The notes under the pieces were generated by a model. That model made no database searches and was not told the DNA's origin. It saw nothing but the letters and a program-made list of their open reading frames with translations. 64,000 nt of DNA from Octopus sinensis (taxonomy: Eukaryota), in the NCBI RefSeq assembly GCF_006345805.1, contig NC_043003.1:37572001-37636000 (forward strand), written 5' to 3'. Of the stretch, positions 50,213-61,799 are shown piece after piece; position 1 is the first letter of the stretch, and each line of letters opens with the position of its first letter. Made by a program: the position numbers and the translations under genes.

Positions 50213-50439
50213 TTAACACTTTAGTGTTCTGATTATTCTATCAAACATAATGCTTATTGATTCCCATTGATTTGAATTAATCATGCATTATCTCATATCT
50301 TCAAGATCTTGATGGTGTAATTACTTAATGTAGAATAACATTGAAGGGTAGGTGTAAGAGCCTGGATCTGGTCAGTTTGAACATAAAACAGATGAAATAT
50401 TTTGGCCTGATATGGCCGGTTTAAATACTAAAGGTTTAA
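50213..50439. mobile_element. piggyBac-type MITE family 1 inserted in an RTE tail
   Basis: TTAA duplication splits the GATG-TTAA-ATGATGATG tail. Confidence 0.8.
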
Positions 50440-51348
50440 ATGATGATGATGATGATGGTGATGATTAATTACACCATCCAGCTTTAATAAATATGCTCTA
50501 TGCTGCACAAAATAAGGTTATACAAAAAATGAAATGCATTAGTAATATATTCACTTTGCAGCACAAACAATTTCTTTAAGATGTTTCATACTGTAATAGT
50601 TACTAGTACAAAATAAATTTAAATATTGACCGCATATGTAAAGGTGGTTTTAGTCATGGTGGCTAAAAACAAACTAAATAATGTGTGGAGAAAAATTTTC
50701 TTTTTGTTTCCATATGTTAATCATTTGGTTAATATTGGGTCAAACATTTCTTCTATTTAACAGACAGGGAGAGGAGTACTGATGCATTATAGCTGTACAA
50801 GTTTTCAATTTATGGCTGCATATGCTATTTATGACTCTATTTACAGCTGGTGCACCCACATAAAGTTCTGATTCGCTCTGTCCTCAATCTCACAATACCG
50901 TTTATACCAACTAAATATTATTTATTTTCTGTCAAGTACTTTCTGACATTCTCAGCATGGACACTTTCCTGAGAAGGAAATGAAAACAAATCATTTATTG
51001 TTTGAAAATGAAGAGAATATATGTTGTTGCTGCTGTTTTTTTTCTTTCTTTTTTTTTTTTGTCCCTAGGTCAGTCCTAATCAAGTATACTTTTGATCAAC
51101 TATGTTTCAGGTATAATCGTCCTGTAATTCTCTTTCCTGATTTTTTTGTTTTTATAAAAACATGAAAGACATTTGGTAGCTATTTCAAGTAGGTGAATCC
51201 TCTATGTAGGTGATCCTTCACTGGCTAGGAAGCTCATAGTTTGGGCTTATGTGTATGTGATCAATGACGGTAGCATCTTTCCTGCTCAGAAACTAATTGG
51301 ATGATGGACTTCTTCTGCTGTTTAAATTATAAGCAAAGATCTAGTGTT

Positions 51349-51577
51349 TTAACCCTTTTGTTACTGTATTTCTTTTGAGATACTCTGTGTTGCTTTCAAT
51401 AAATTTTAAATATAACAAAGAATTTAGTAAAATAACTAGTTATAATTTAGCTAGTGTTAGAAACATAAATTGTGACTAAGGTTTGGTGGAAGATTTTAAT
51501 TCAAAACTTATGAAAACAAGACATTTGTACTACAGAGCCAGATGTGGTTTCAGCCAGGTTGGTATCGAAAGGGTTAA
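51349..51577. mobile_element. piggyBac-type MITE family 2
   Basis: TTAA-CCCTTT...AAAGGG-TTAA. Confidence 0.8.
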
Positions 51578-53388
51578 AACAATTCCAGTCTGGTGGTTAA
51601 GTGGCATTGTATGAGGGCTCACTGGACTAAGAAATCTGTGATGCCCACAAGAGAACAGACTAGGTGTGTTGATCACAGCTATCAATGCTTGTGAAATTTA
51701 CTTTCCTGTGTTAGGGTCTGTTTTCATTTTCAGTCTTCAAGTATGGAATGATACGAAATAGAACAAATGTGCTTATAATGATGAGCACTAGAGAAATTTA
51801 CTTTTCAGCTCAAACTTGCAATTATGAAAAGAACTGGCTCTTAATGAATTATTATTGTTTAGCTTCAGGTTAATCATGATCCAGTAAACTTATAAATTAT
51901 TCCAACCATGATCGTTTCATCTACTTGGGCATTGTTTATTTAAGGTTACAATATCCGGTGTGTCACTTAAATTTTAAGACTGTAGAATGTGATGTGATTG
52001 ACAGTTTAGAAGCTCTGCTTTTGGATCAACTCATAGTGGTTGCTAAGCTAGGTGAACTGACTTCACTGTCATCTTCTATTTGCAAAAGAAAGAAAGGAGA
52101 ACGTGGTGGATGAACATAGAGGATGTACAATATTGGTTTCCCATTTTGGCACAAGGCCAGTAATTTCAAAGGAGTGGGTCAGTCGATTGCATTGACCCAG
52201 TGCTCGACTGGTACTTATTCTATCGGCCCTGAAAGGATTGGCAAAGTCAGCCATGGCAGAATTTGAACTCAGAACATAAAGATGAACAAAATGCCACTGT
52301 GCTAACAATTCTGCCAGCTTGCTGTCTTGAGAATGTGTAATATTGCAAGGTAATGAAATATAAACACAGAATGTAGAGGATGTGCAAGAGATGTTCTCAT
52401 TGATATGTACATCAGACAATTCACTGTTACACGCACACACACACACACATACACACACACACGTACTTATGTCTTTTCATTAATATGTTTGTTAGACAAC
52501 TCACTGTTATATACATACACATGTGTTACTTTGCCCATATACATGCATATGTGTGTGCTTTTATGTGTGTATTATATCATCGTCATTGTTTAACATCTGC
52601 TCTCTATGCTGGCATGGGTTGGATGATTTGACATGGAGCTGGCTAGCAGGGACTCTCAACTTTCTAGACTCCCAACTGTCTCTTGTGACATGGTTTCTAC
52701 AGCTTGATGCCCTTCCTAATGCCAACCACTTAACAGAGTGTGCTGTATGCTTTTTACATGTTTATGCCTGGTCAGAAAGTTACCATTGGTTTCACTTCTG
52801 CTAATGCTCTTAGCAATACAGGCAACTTAATTTTTTTTCTTTTTTTTCAGACTTATAAACAATTGACTGATGTGTGTGTGTGTGTTAAGAGGTGTACTTG
52901 ACAATTCACAGCTATAACTGCCACTTATAGAAGTGTGTTTTCTATCGTTCAGTATTTAAAAAAAAAAAAGTAACGGAAGCCCATGGCAAATATCATAGGC
53001 GGCCCACTCTTTAATCAGCATTGGACTCATCTAACACATCTGTCTCTCCTATTGTATCCTGGAGACGTCAGCTCAAAGTTGTTCAAACATCTGCTCTATT
53101 GATGTTTGTTATTTAACCCTAGGTGAGTGAGCCTGATAGAGCAAGCAGAATTATAAACAAATGCATTCTAAGGGAGATTTAGCTACTATATGTGGCTGAT
53201 TGAGTGATCAGACAGCAGTTCTTTCAGTGGCTAGTTATTGATCTCACTAGTCGGTGCAGGGTGGGGCTGTGAACGTATTAGACGCTGCCCTCTTTTGTCT
53301 AACTAATAAATGTCACACTATTTTCATTCACACGTGAAGCTAATAAATGTCACTATATTTTCACTTATCTAGCTTGATAAATGTCACT

Positions 53389-53423
<35 letters not shown>

Positions 53424-53508
53424 TATATATAATAAATATTAGGGAATAAATCCAAATTTACAGGGAAAAATCAGATTTAGGACTGAATCCAATTTTATAG
53501 TAAAATAT

Positions 53509-53567
53509 TATATAATATTAATTAGAGACAAAACCACTATTATGCATAATAGTGGTTTTGTCTCTAA

Positions 53568-53580
<13 letters not shown>
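53509..53580. repeat. 72-bp perfect palindrome, no spacer
   Basis: TATATAATATTAATTAGAGACAAAACCACTATTATG followed directly by its exact reverse complement. Confidence 0.95.
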
Positions 53581-53612
<32 letters not shown>

Positions 53613-53917
53613 ATAATGCCTAAGTTGGCTAAAACCCTAATGGGTTTGGTTCTGAGTTTCATCCCTATATGGCCTGTGAAATAAGTCATAGTATTTACTG
53701 GGTTTGTTCAGTAGATGTTTTATGAGAAAGAAAGGAACAAGGAAATGCTGAGGAGAGAGAAAGTAAGAAGGAAATAAAAAAGAGAAAGTAAGAGAGAGAG
53801 ACGAAAACAAAAAATGAGTAAAGAAAGGAGAAAGAGAGACAGACAACCAAAGAAAAAAACTAGTTTCGGGTCTTAACAAAGAAGCAATTTTTAAGGGCTG
53901 GCCTTTCCCCACTAAAC

Positions 53918-54175
53918 CAGTGGTTCTCGGCCATTTTTTACCTATGGATCCCTTTGATTCCAATTTTACTCGGATGGGCTCTCATAGTCATTTGACTTTT
54001 AAAAAACCTTATATTTTTTATAATCAAGTATTATTAGGAATTGTATAAAAAAAAGAATGAAAATATTTTGTGTATTGTAGAAGTATTGTAAAATTTATTG
54101 CACAGTTTTTTTTACAACAAAATCTTCTTATATGGACCCCAAAAGGCCATATAGACCCTGGTTCAAAAACCGCTG
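53918..54175. mobile_element. hAT-type MITE
   Basis: CAGTGGTTCTC... / ...AAAAACCGCTG termini; TSD poorly conserved. Confidence 0.55.
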
Positions 54176-54221
54176 CCAACAATGTTAGAACTCACCTCTC
54201 TGCCACAACACATTGAGCCTC

Positions 54222-55197
54222 AAGGCGGTGAGCTGACAGAAATGTTAGCATGCCTGGCGAAATGCGTAACTGTATTTCGTCTGCCGTTACGTTCTGAGTT
54301 GAAATTCCGCCGAGGTCGACTTTGCCTTTCATCCTTTCGGGGTCGATTAAATAAGTACCAGTTACGCACTGGGGTTAGTTATTTAGTTAGTTAGTTAGTT
54401 AATTTGGCTCAAAAGCAAATAGCAAGGCCATGTAGGGGGACATGGAGTTAAGTACAGGGTGGTGTTCATGTAAAGAGTTCAGGCCACTTGAGGTCCAGGG
54501 AGGCTTTGAACAAAGCGGTCGTCGGCATCTTCACCATCTCGTCTGGCAGCTTGTTCCACGGATCCGCAACCCGGACGGAGAAAGCTCCTCTCCTTCGATT
54601 GAGATGAAATCGTCGCAGGTAGAGCTTTTCGGAATGACCCCGCAGCCGACGCTCCGGAGCAGGAGTGAAGAACAGCTCTTTCGAGAGGTTACACTTCCCG
54701 CTTTTGATGTTGTGGGCGAGAATGAGATCACCACGGCGGCGGCGTTTTTCAAGAGAATAAAGGTCGAGCGTCCTCAGCCTTTCTTCGTAGGACAAATTTT
54801 TGAGACCATGAACCATGCGAGTAGCCAGCCTCTGGACTCTTTCGAGATGCTGTATGTCTTTGAGGAGATAAGGAGAAGAGGCTTGAATCCCATACTCCAA
54901 TATGGGTCTCACCAGCGTGACATAGATATAGGGGTTGATATAATCGACTTCGTTTGTCTGTCCTTGTTTGTCCTCTCTATGTTTAGCCCCTTGTAGGTAG
55001 TAAAGAAATAGGTATTTCGTCCGCCGTTAGGTTCTAAGTTCAAATTCGGTCTAGGTCGACTTTGCCTTTCATCCTTTCGAGATCGATAAATTAAGTACCA
55101 GTTACGCACTGGGGTCGATGTAATCGACTCAATCCCTTTGTCTGTCCTTGTTTGTCCCTCTATGTTTAGCCCCTTGTGGGCAATAAAGAAATAACAG
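54222..55197 (+). mobile_element. SINE family A with partial tandem duplication, interrupted by a CR1
   Basis: 17-bp TSD ACA(A/G)CACATTGAGCCTC at 54205-54221 and 55194-55210. Confidence 0.85.
54377..54930 (-). mobile_element. Young 5'-truncated CR1-clade LINE
   Basis: Open frame TLVRPILEYGIQASSPY...LERVQRLATRMV...YEERL...RRRGDLI...LRGH...FSVRVADPWNKLP; (TAAC)n tail; GGGGTT TSD at 54371-54376 and 54931-54936. Confidence 0.92.
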
Positions 55198-56778
55198 CAC
55201 ATTGAGCCTCTTTTACTAATTTTAAAATTATCATTGTTTAGCTCCAAGTCAGCCTTGATAGAGTAAACCTATGAACAAAGACGTTCTAGACATGACTATT
55301 CCATTTTTTTTCTTTCAATTTACCCAGTACATTGTTCATTGTGTCTTTCTTCATATTATGATTTGAGATACAGATGAAGCTGTTACCTCCAGAATGTCAC
55401 GTAGACCCGTCCCTCCACGAGCACCCCCCCCCACACTATTGGTTTGTTTTTAAAAACCTGTTTATTTACTTATTTATTTTTATTTGCTGACGTAGACAAC
55501 AACTTATTTCATTGGCTTTTAGTTTATGTTTTTCTTTCTTCAATATATAATTAATGTGATTTCTTCCATCCCTCCCTTCTGATTCGTGATGTGTTTCTAT
55601 TAGCATCGATTGAAATAATTCTTTTCGTCACTCACGTTTCACTTTTTGCCTTCCATCTTTTTTTTGTATTTTTTCATTTTTTGCTTTGGTATGACACATA
55701 ACGTCTTTTAATTACTTCAACACACCCCTTTCTCAGTGTCTAACACTGATTTTTAAAATAATTAGTCTGCAGTGGTCTTCTTCTTCTTCTTCTTCTTGAC
55801 AGTAGTTTTATTCAGCTGGGTTTTTTTTGTTTCGTTTCGACATTCCACAATTTGGAGACGTTGCATAATTGTTGCTGTAATTCTTTTCTTATTCTTTAAC
55901 TATTCCATGATGTCATGAACACATGCGGCTGCACAATTTCACATTCTTCTTTCATCCTTCTACATTTATTATTATTTTTTTCTTTTTCTCCTCCTTCATT
56001 TTCTTCGTCTTTGTCATCGTTTTCTTTTTGTTCTTCTACATGTCTAAATTTTTTTTCTTAATTATAATCTCTTTCTATCTGTGTATGTAATCTAGGATTT
56101 TATAAAAAAAAAATCTTTTGCCAGTTGTTTTTGCTTCGCGGCAAGTGATGATATCAGAGTAGGTAGTTATTTCCTTGTTTATGTAGGAGTCGCTACAATT
56201 CCCCACAGATGTCTTAATCCTTCCTCTTATCTTGCTAAGATGTTTTGGCTTTCCTCTGCGTGTAAATGAACGTTTATTGATAACAGCTGAAATACAAATA
56301 AAAACCTACATACCCTCTATTTTCTCTCTCTCTCTCTCTCTCTCTGACACTAATTCTTTACACACACATACTAACTCTCCTCCTCTCATGGACACGTAGT
56401 ATTTCTTTCCCTATGCACTCATATTCTCCCTCTCTCTCTCTCGCGCGCATACACTTTATTAAATGTTCTTACACACACAACGTCATTTTCAGTATTGGAA
56501 ATGGTAAATCACCTGTTTTCCTCGATTACTTCCATGGCATTCCACTAGTTTTGAAGGATAATACATGTTAAATTCCCGTGACTTACTCTTTAAACCGCCC
56601 CCGCTCATTTCTTGTGTATGTGTGTGTGTAAAGCACATAAAACTTCAAATGACCCTTTTGAATAGAAAAAGTAGAAGGCTGCCTTTGGGACTCAAGCCCA
56701 AATCTCCTGTAGACTTGTTCTTTACAAGTAAGGTGCCACATAAAATGCACTTGTGCCAGTCCTCTGTAAATGTACCTG

Positions 56779-57196
56779 GGATCTTTTCGGTTTGAACGGC
56801 AGTTTTTTCTAGCGGTGTCATATGAAATTGTCACCCATAATTATGACCCTAGTATCGATCTATTGCATTTCAATCTGTTTTAGGGTTTGGGGTGGGGGGA
56901 AGGGTATCTTTTTTTTCCTTCACAAATGTAAATAAACCCAATATGTTTCTTAAACGAGGGACATATTCATACGGCACAGAATGTTTTTTTTACCTCAATG
57001 GACGTCATTGATTGGTTGAAATTGAAGAAATTGAAGAAAAAAAACCCCAACAAATATCTTACAAACTATAGAATTTTCCCAATAAAGCCAAGAGGAAAAG
57101 ATGTTTTATAAACACATTCTACCAGTATACGAAGTTTAAAATTTTTTAGTTACCTAGAAATTATGTTAAAAACTGCCATTCAAACCGAAAAGATCC
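56779..57196. mobile_element. Merlin-like MITE nested in an RTE tail copy
   Basis: 29-bp TIRs GGATCTTTTCGGTTTGAA(C/T)GGCAGTTTTT; 8-bp TSD TG(T/C)ACCTG at 56771-56778 and 57197-57204. Confidence 0.75.
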
Positions 57197-57867
57197 TGCA
57201 CCTGTGCTGGTGGCACACAAAAAGCACCCAGCTCACTGTAAAGTGGTTGGCATTATGAAGAGTATCCAGCTGCAGAAGCCATACCACAACAGACAATTGG
57301 AGTCTGGACAACTCCCCAACAGGCCAGCTCCATGTCAAACTATCCAACCCATGCCAGCATGGAAAACAGATGTTAAATGATGATGAGGATGGTGTACAAT
57401 GTAATAGATTTTTCTCCAAAATTGGTAAAGCTTTGTGTAGGAGGCGAAAGATTGGGTCTCTCTCATTTTAACTGAATCACTGCTCTGGGCTTAATATTGT
57501 TAGAAATAATTTCTTTTATAGGCATTAGGCCAAAACATTTGTTGAGAAAAGGGTTCAGTCATACTTCAGGGGTTCAGTAAATAAAGTACCAGTCACCTGA
57601 GTGGCACTTTATATAAGATAAAAAATTTTACTTAGTCTAAGAAATTTCACTCTTCAAAGGGGCCAAGTTGTATGCTCCTTAGAGTATTCTTCATAATGTA
57701 TTAAAACTCTTTAAACAGATATTTGCAAACCATAGGACATTCCCTAGTATGTTAAAATGAAGAAAATAACCTAAATCTACAAAGATTCTTTTAGAATGCT
57801 GTAATTATAAGCCTATTTCTCTGCTACTTAATGTTTTAGAAAAAAAAAAAAAAAAATTAAGCCACTT

Positions 57868-58072
57868 AGCTGGCAGAATTGTTAGCATGCCAGGCAAAAT
57901 GCTTAGTGGTGTTTCTTCTGGTTCTTTACATTCTGAGCACAAATTCTGCTGAGGACGACTTTGCCTTCATCTTTTTGGGGTTGATAAAATAAGTACCAGC
58001 TGAACACTGGGGTTGATGTAATTGGCTTTCCTCTCCCCTATATTGCTAGCCATGTTTCAAAATTACAAATCA
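57868..58072 (+). mobile_element. SINE family A immediately 5' of the RTE
   Basis: Diverged SINE A; supplies the first ~17 codons of the tracked 58022 ORF. Confidence 0.75.
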
Positions 58073-60572
58073 AGGAAACCCACCTCTCACCTAGTCACCT
58101 ACCGTTCCAGGAAACCCACCTCTCACCTAGTCACCTACCGTTCTGGCAGACACACCAGCCAGATTGACTACATCCTTGCCAGAAAAAGGGAAAGAGGGCT
58201 GATTATAAATGCCAAAACCTTCCCAGGCGAAGAATGTACTCCCCAACATAGATTAGTAGTTAGCGACTTCAGGATCAGAGCTAAATGGTCGCCCAGAAGA
58301 AGACCAGCTTGGAGGAGAAGGGTCTGGAAGCTTAAAGATCCTGCAAATGCACAGAGATTTAGAGACATACTACTCGAAGCCTCTGACGAAATAGAAGGGG
58401 ATATAGCTTCACTTAATGTGGAAGACAACTGGAGATTCCTACGGGACAATCTGCTGACAGCCACTGACCAGATCTGTGGATGGAGCAAAGTACCATCTCG
58501 ACCCAGAGTAACATGGTGGTGGAACACGGTGGTTGACGGGGCTATTAGACAAAAGAGACAGGCTTGGAAGGACTGGAAGAACGGTGGTAGCAGGGAATTG
58601 TATCAGACAGCCAAAAGGGAAGCTAGGAGACAGGTTTATATAGCCAGAGGGGAAGCGGATAAGAAAAAATTTGCCAATGTTCTGAGCCGTGAGGATGAAA
58701 GACTTGAGGTATTTCGTGTTGCAAGACAGTGTGTGAGAGAGAATCGTGATGTGGTAGGAGAGAAGTGTGTTCGCATGGATGATGGTTCACTTGCGCTAAA
58801 TGAGGATGCAAAGAGAGAGGTTTGGAGATGCCACTATGAAAGTTTGCTGAATAAAGAAAATGAATGGGATAAAGAGAGTCTGCCAAATGTTGACCCAACA
58901 GAGGGACCAGCTATCCGAGTTGATAGTTCCGTAGTAGCTAAGGCAGTTAGGAGCATGAAGACAGGGAAAGCCCCAGGCCCATCAGGAATTACTGCAGAGA
59001 TGCTCAAAATATCTGGCAGTGTCGGCTATAACCTAGTCACCCGTATAGTCAACCAGGTGATACACGAAGGAGTCATACCCAATGACTGGTGTAGCAGCAT
59101 ACTAGTCAACTGCTACAAAGGTAAAGGTGATGCCCTGGATACAAATAATTACAGAGGTATCAAGCTGTTGGATCAGGTAATGAAGGTTACGGAGAGGGTC
59201 TTAGCCCAACTAATTAGAGAGAGAGTTAGTTTAGATGAGATGCAGTTTGGGTTTGTCCCAGGGAAAAGCACCACTGATGCTATATTCCTGGTAAGGCAGC
59301 TGCAGGAGAAATACCTAGCCAAGGATAAGCCCCTGTACCTGGCTTTTGTTGACATGGAGAAAGCCTTTGATAGGGTCCCCCGATCCCTCATCTGGTGGTC
59401 AATGAGGAAACTAGGGATAGATGAATGGCTGGTGAGGGCTGTGCAAGCCATGTACAGAGATGCCGTAAGTAAGGTTAGAGTTGGCAACATGTACACAGAA
59501 GAATTCAAAGTAGAGGTTGGGGTCCACCAGGGTTCAGTACTCAGCCCCCTCCTATTTATCATAGTCCTCCAGGCAATAACGGAGGAATTCAAGACCGGTT
59601 GCCCCTGGGAGCTCCTCTATGCTGACGACCTCGCTCTAATCGCTGAGTCACTATCAGAACTGGAGGAGAAGTTCCAGGTGTGGAAGGAGGGTTTAGAATC
59701 GAGGGGCCTTAGAGTCAACCTAGCTAAAACCAAAGTACTAATAAGTAGAAAGGTAGAAAACCCACAAATATCATCAAGAAGATGGCCCTGTTCGATCTGT
59801 AGAAAAGGTGTAGGTAGAAACTCTATAAGATGTACCCAGTGTAAGCTATGGACACATAAGAGGTGCAGCAATGTCAAAGGTAGGCTAACTGGGAAGATAG
59901 TTTTTGTATGTGGCAGGTGCTCTGGAGCACTGACCTCCGAAAATCTGCAGAAAACAACTTCTGTCACTTTCCGGGGGGAAAAAACTAGAAGTAGTTGATA
60001 GTTTCCGCTATCTAGGTGACCAAGTCAGTAGTGGGGGTGGGTGCGCTGAAAGTGTAACTGCTAGAATAAGAATAGCCTGGGCAAAGTTTAGGGAGCTCTT
60101 ACCTCTGCTGGTGACTAAAGGCCTCTCGCTCAGAGTAAAAGGCAGACTGTATGATGCATGTGTACGAACAGCTATGCTACATGGCAGTGAAACATGGGCC
60201 GTGACTGCTGAGGACATGCGTAAGCTCGTGAGGAACGAAGCCAGTATGCTCCGATGGATGTGTAATGTCAGTGTACTTACTCGACAGAGCGTTAGTACCT
60301 TGAGAGAAATGTTGTACCTAAGAAGCATCAGTTGTTGTGTGCAAGAGAGACGATTGCGCTGGTATGGTCATGTGGCGAGAATGGATGAAGAGAGGTGTGT
60401 GAGAAAGTGCCAATCCCTAGCAGTTGAGGGAACCCGTGGAAGAGGTAGACCCAGGAAAACCTGGGACGAGGTGGTGAAGCACGACCTTCGGACGTTAGGT
60501 CTCACCATGGAAATGACTAGAGACCGAGACCTATGGAAGTATGCTGTGCGTGAGAAGACCCGGCAAGACTAG
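58073..60572 (+). pseudogene. RTE endonuclease/reverse transcriptase ORF, 5'-truncated and frameshifted
   Basis: Tracked ORFs 58022-59998 and 60111-60572 join into one RT polyprotein if one base is removed from G6A6 at 59973-59984. Confidence 0.9.
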
Positions 60573-61200
60573 TGAAGCCATAATCCATGGCCCCTACCTG
60601 GGACGTAGTCAGTCCACCTGTGCATACCTTCCTTCTTGTGACACTTGTGAAGACCTGTTGAGGCAAGTGAGAATCGAATCGAATCGTATCAAATCAAATC
60701 GAACCAAATCAAAATAGATGAACATCAATGGAATTTGTATCCTTGTGGTACCAGTGCCGGTGGCACATAAGAAAACCATCCGAACGTGACCGTAGCCAGT
60801 ACCGCAATGACTGGCCTCCGTGCTGAGGGCACGTAACAAACACCATCCGAGCGTGGCCGTCCGCCAGCCTCGTCTAGCACCTGTGTCGGTGACACATAAG
60901 AAAACACCATCCGAGCGTGGCCGTCTGCCAGCCTCGTCTGGCACCTGTGTCGGTGGCACATAAAAAACACCATCCGAGCGTGGCCGTCTGCCAGCCTCGT
61001 CTGGCACCTGTGTCGGTGGCACATAAAATCACCCACTACACTCTCGGAGTGGTTGGCGTTAGGAAGGGCATCCAGCTGTAGAAACACTGCCACATCTGAC
61101 TGGCCTGGTGCAGCCTTCGGGCTTCCCAGACCCCAGTTGAACCGTCCAACCCATGCTAGCATGGAAAGCGGACGTTAAACGATGATGATGATGATGATGA
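58073..61200 (+). mobile_element. 5'-truncated, nearly intact RTE-clade LINE
   Basis: Endonuclease C-terminus (SQIDYIL, TPQHRLV), full RT (APGPSG, KGKGD-NYRGI, QFGF, VDMEKAFD, QGSVLSP, YADD), C4HC3 finger, one +1 frameshift near 59980, ~630-bp 3'UTR ending (GAT)n. Confidence 0.95.
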
Positions 61201-61436
61201 ATATTTCCAAAAAGTTTATAAAACTGAGAATACACTGACACAGTGCTTGTTCTCCTGAAAAATTCCTCTGTTGTATTCAGTTAGGCTTGTAAAATAATTT
61301 TTCATTAGTGAATACTTTAATAATTAATATTACAGGAAATAGTTTTTGTGAGCTCTTTATTCATTTACATAAAGTATTTGAAACTTTTGATTATTGAATT
61401 CTGGCTGAATTAATTAATGCTTTTCAAAGGTTTAGT

Positions 61437-61669
61437 CTAACTCTTTAGCATTTAGACTTGTTATATCTAGCCTGTGTTTTCTTCTAGCTGGTTTTTCTGT
61501 TCAAACTAGCTATATCCAGCCCCTCACATCTGCCATGCAATGTCATTGTAAAATTAAGCAAACACATAATCAAAATCTCAAAACTACGAGATAATGCTTA
61601 ACTAATTCAAAATAATGTGAATAAATAAGCATTGCATTAGACAGAGTAAGCTGAATATTAAACGGTTAA
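61437..61669. mobile_element. piggyBac-type MITE family 1, diverged
   Basis: Homology to 48820-49033. Confidence 0.65.
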
Positions 61670-61799
61670 ATCATACTTTATTTGGTGGGTTTGGAGAAAG
61701 TGATTGTGCTCATGGTCTTTGCTGATGCTCCTAAACTGTTGAGATTGGTGCCATTAATCTTCCTCATTAGCTTTTGTAAGTCAAGACCACAGGAAAGTT

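Noticed and set aside
54442-54996. 184-aa plus-strand ORF
   Set aside because: Antisense shadow of the GC-rich CR1 ORF.
56492-56503. Possible FAM91A1 exon 2 (ttttcAG TATTGGAAATG GTAAAT)
   Set aside because: Only 11 nt, wrong phase and no match to the expected peptide.
58022-58072. N-terminus of the 658-aa ORF as the true LINE start
   Set aside because: Derived from the upstream SINE tail; most of the endonuclease domain is missing.
58168-60328. Minus-strand ORFs inside the RTE
   Set aside because: Antisense shadows of a coding sequence with no recognisable motifs.
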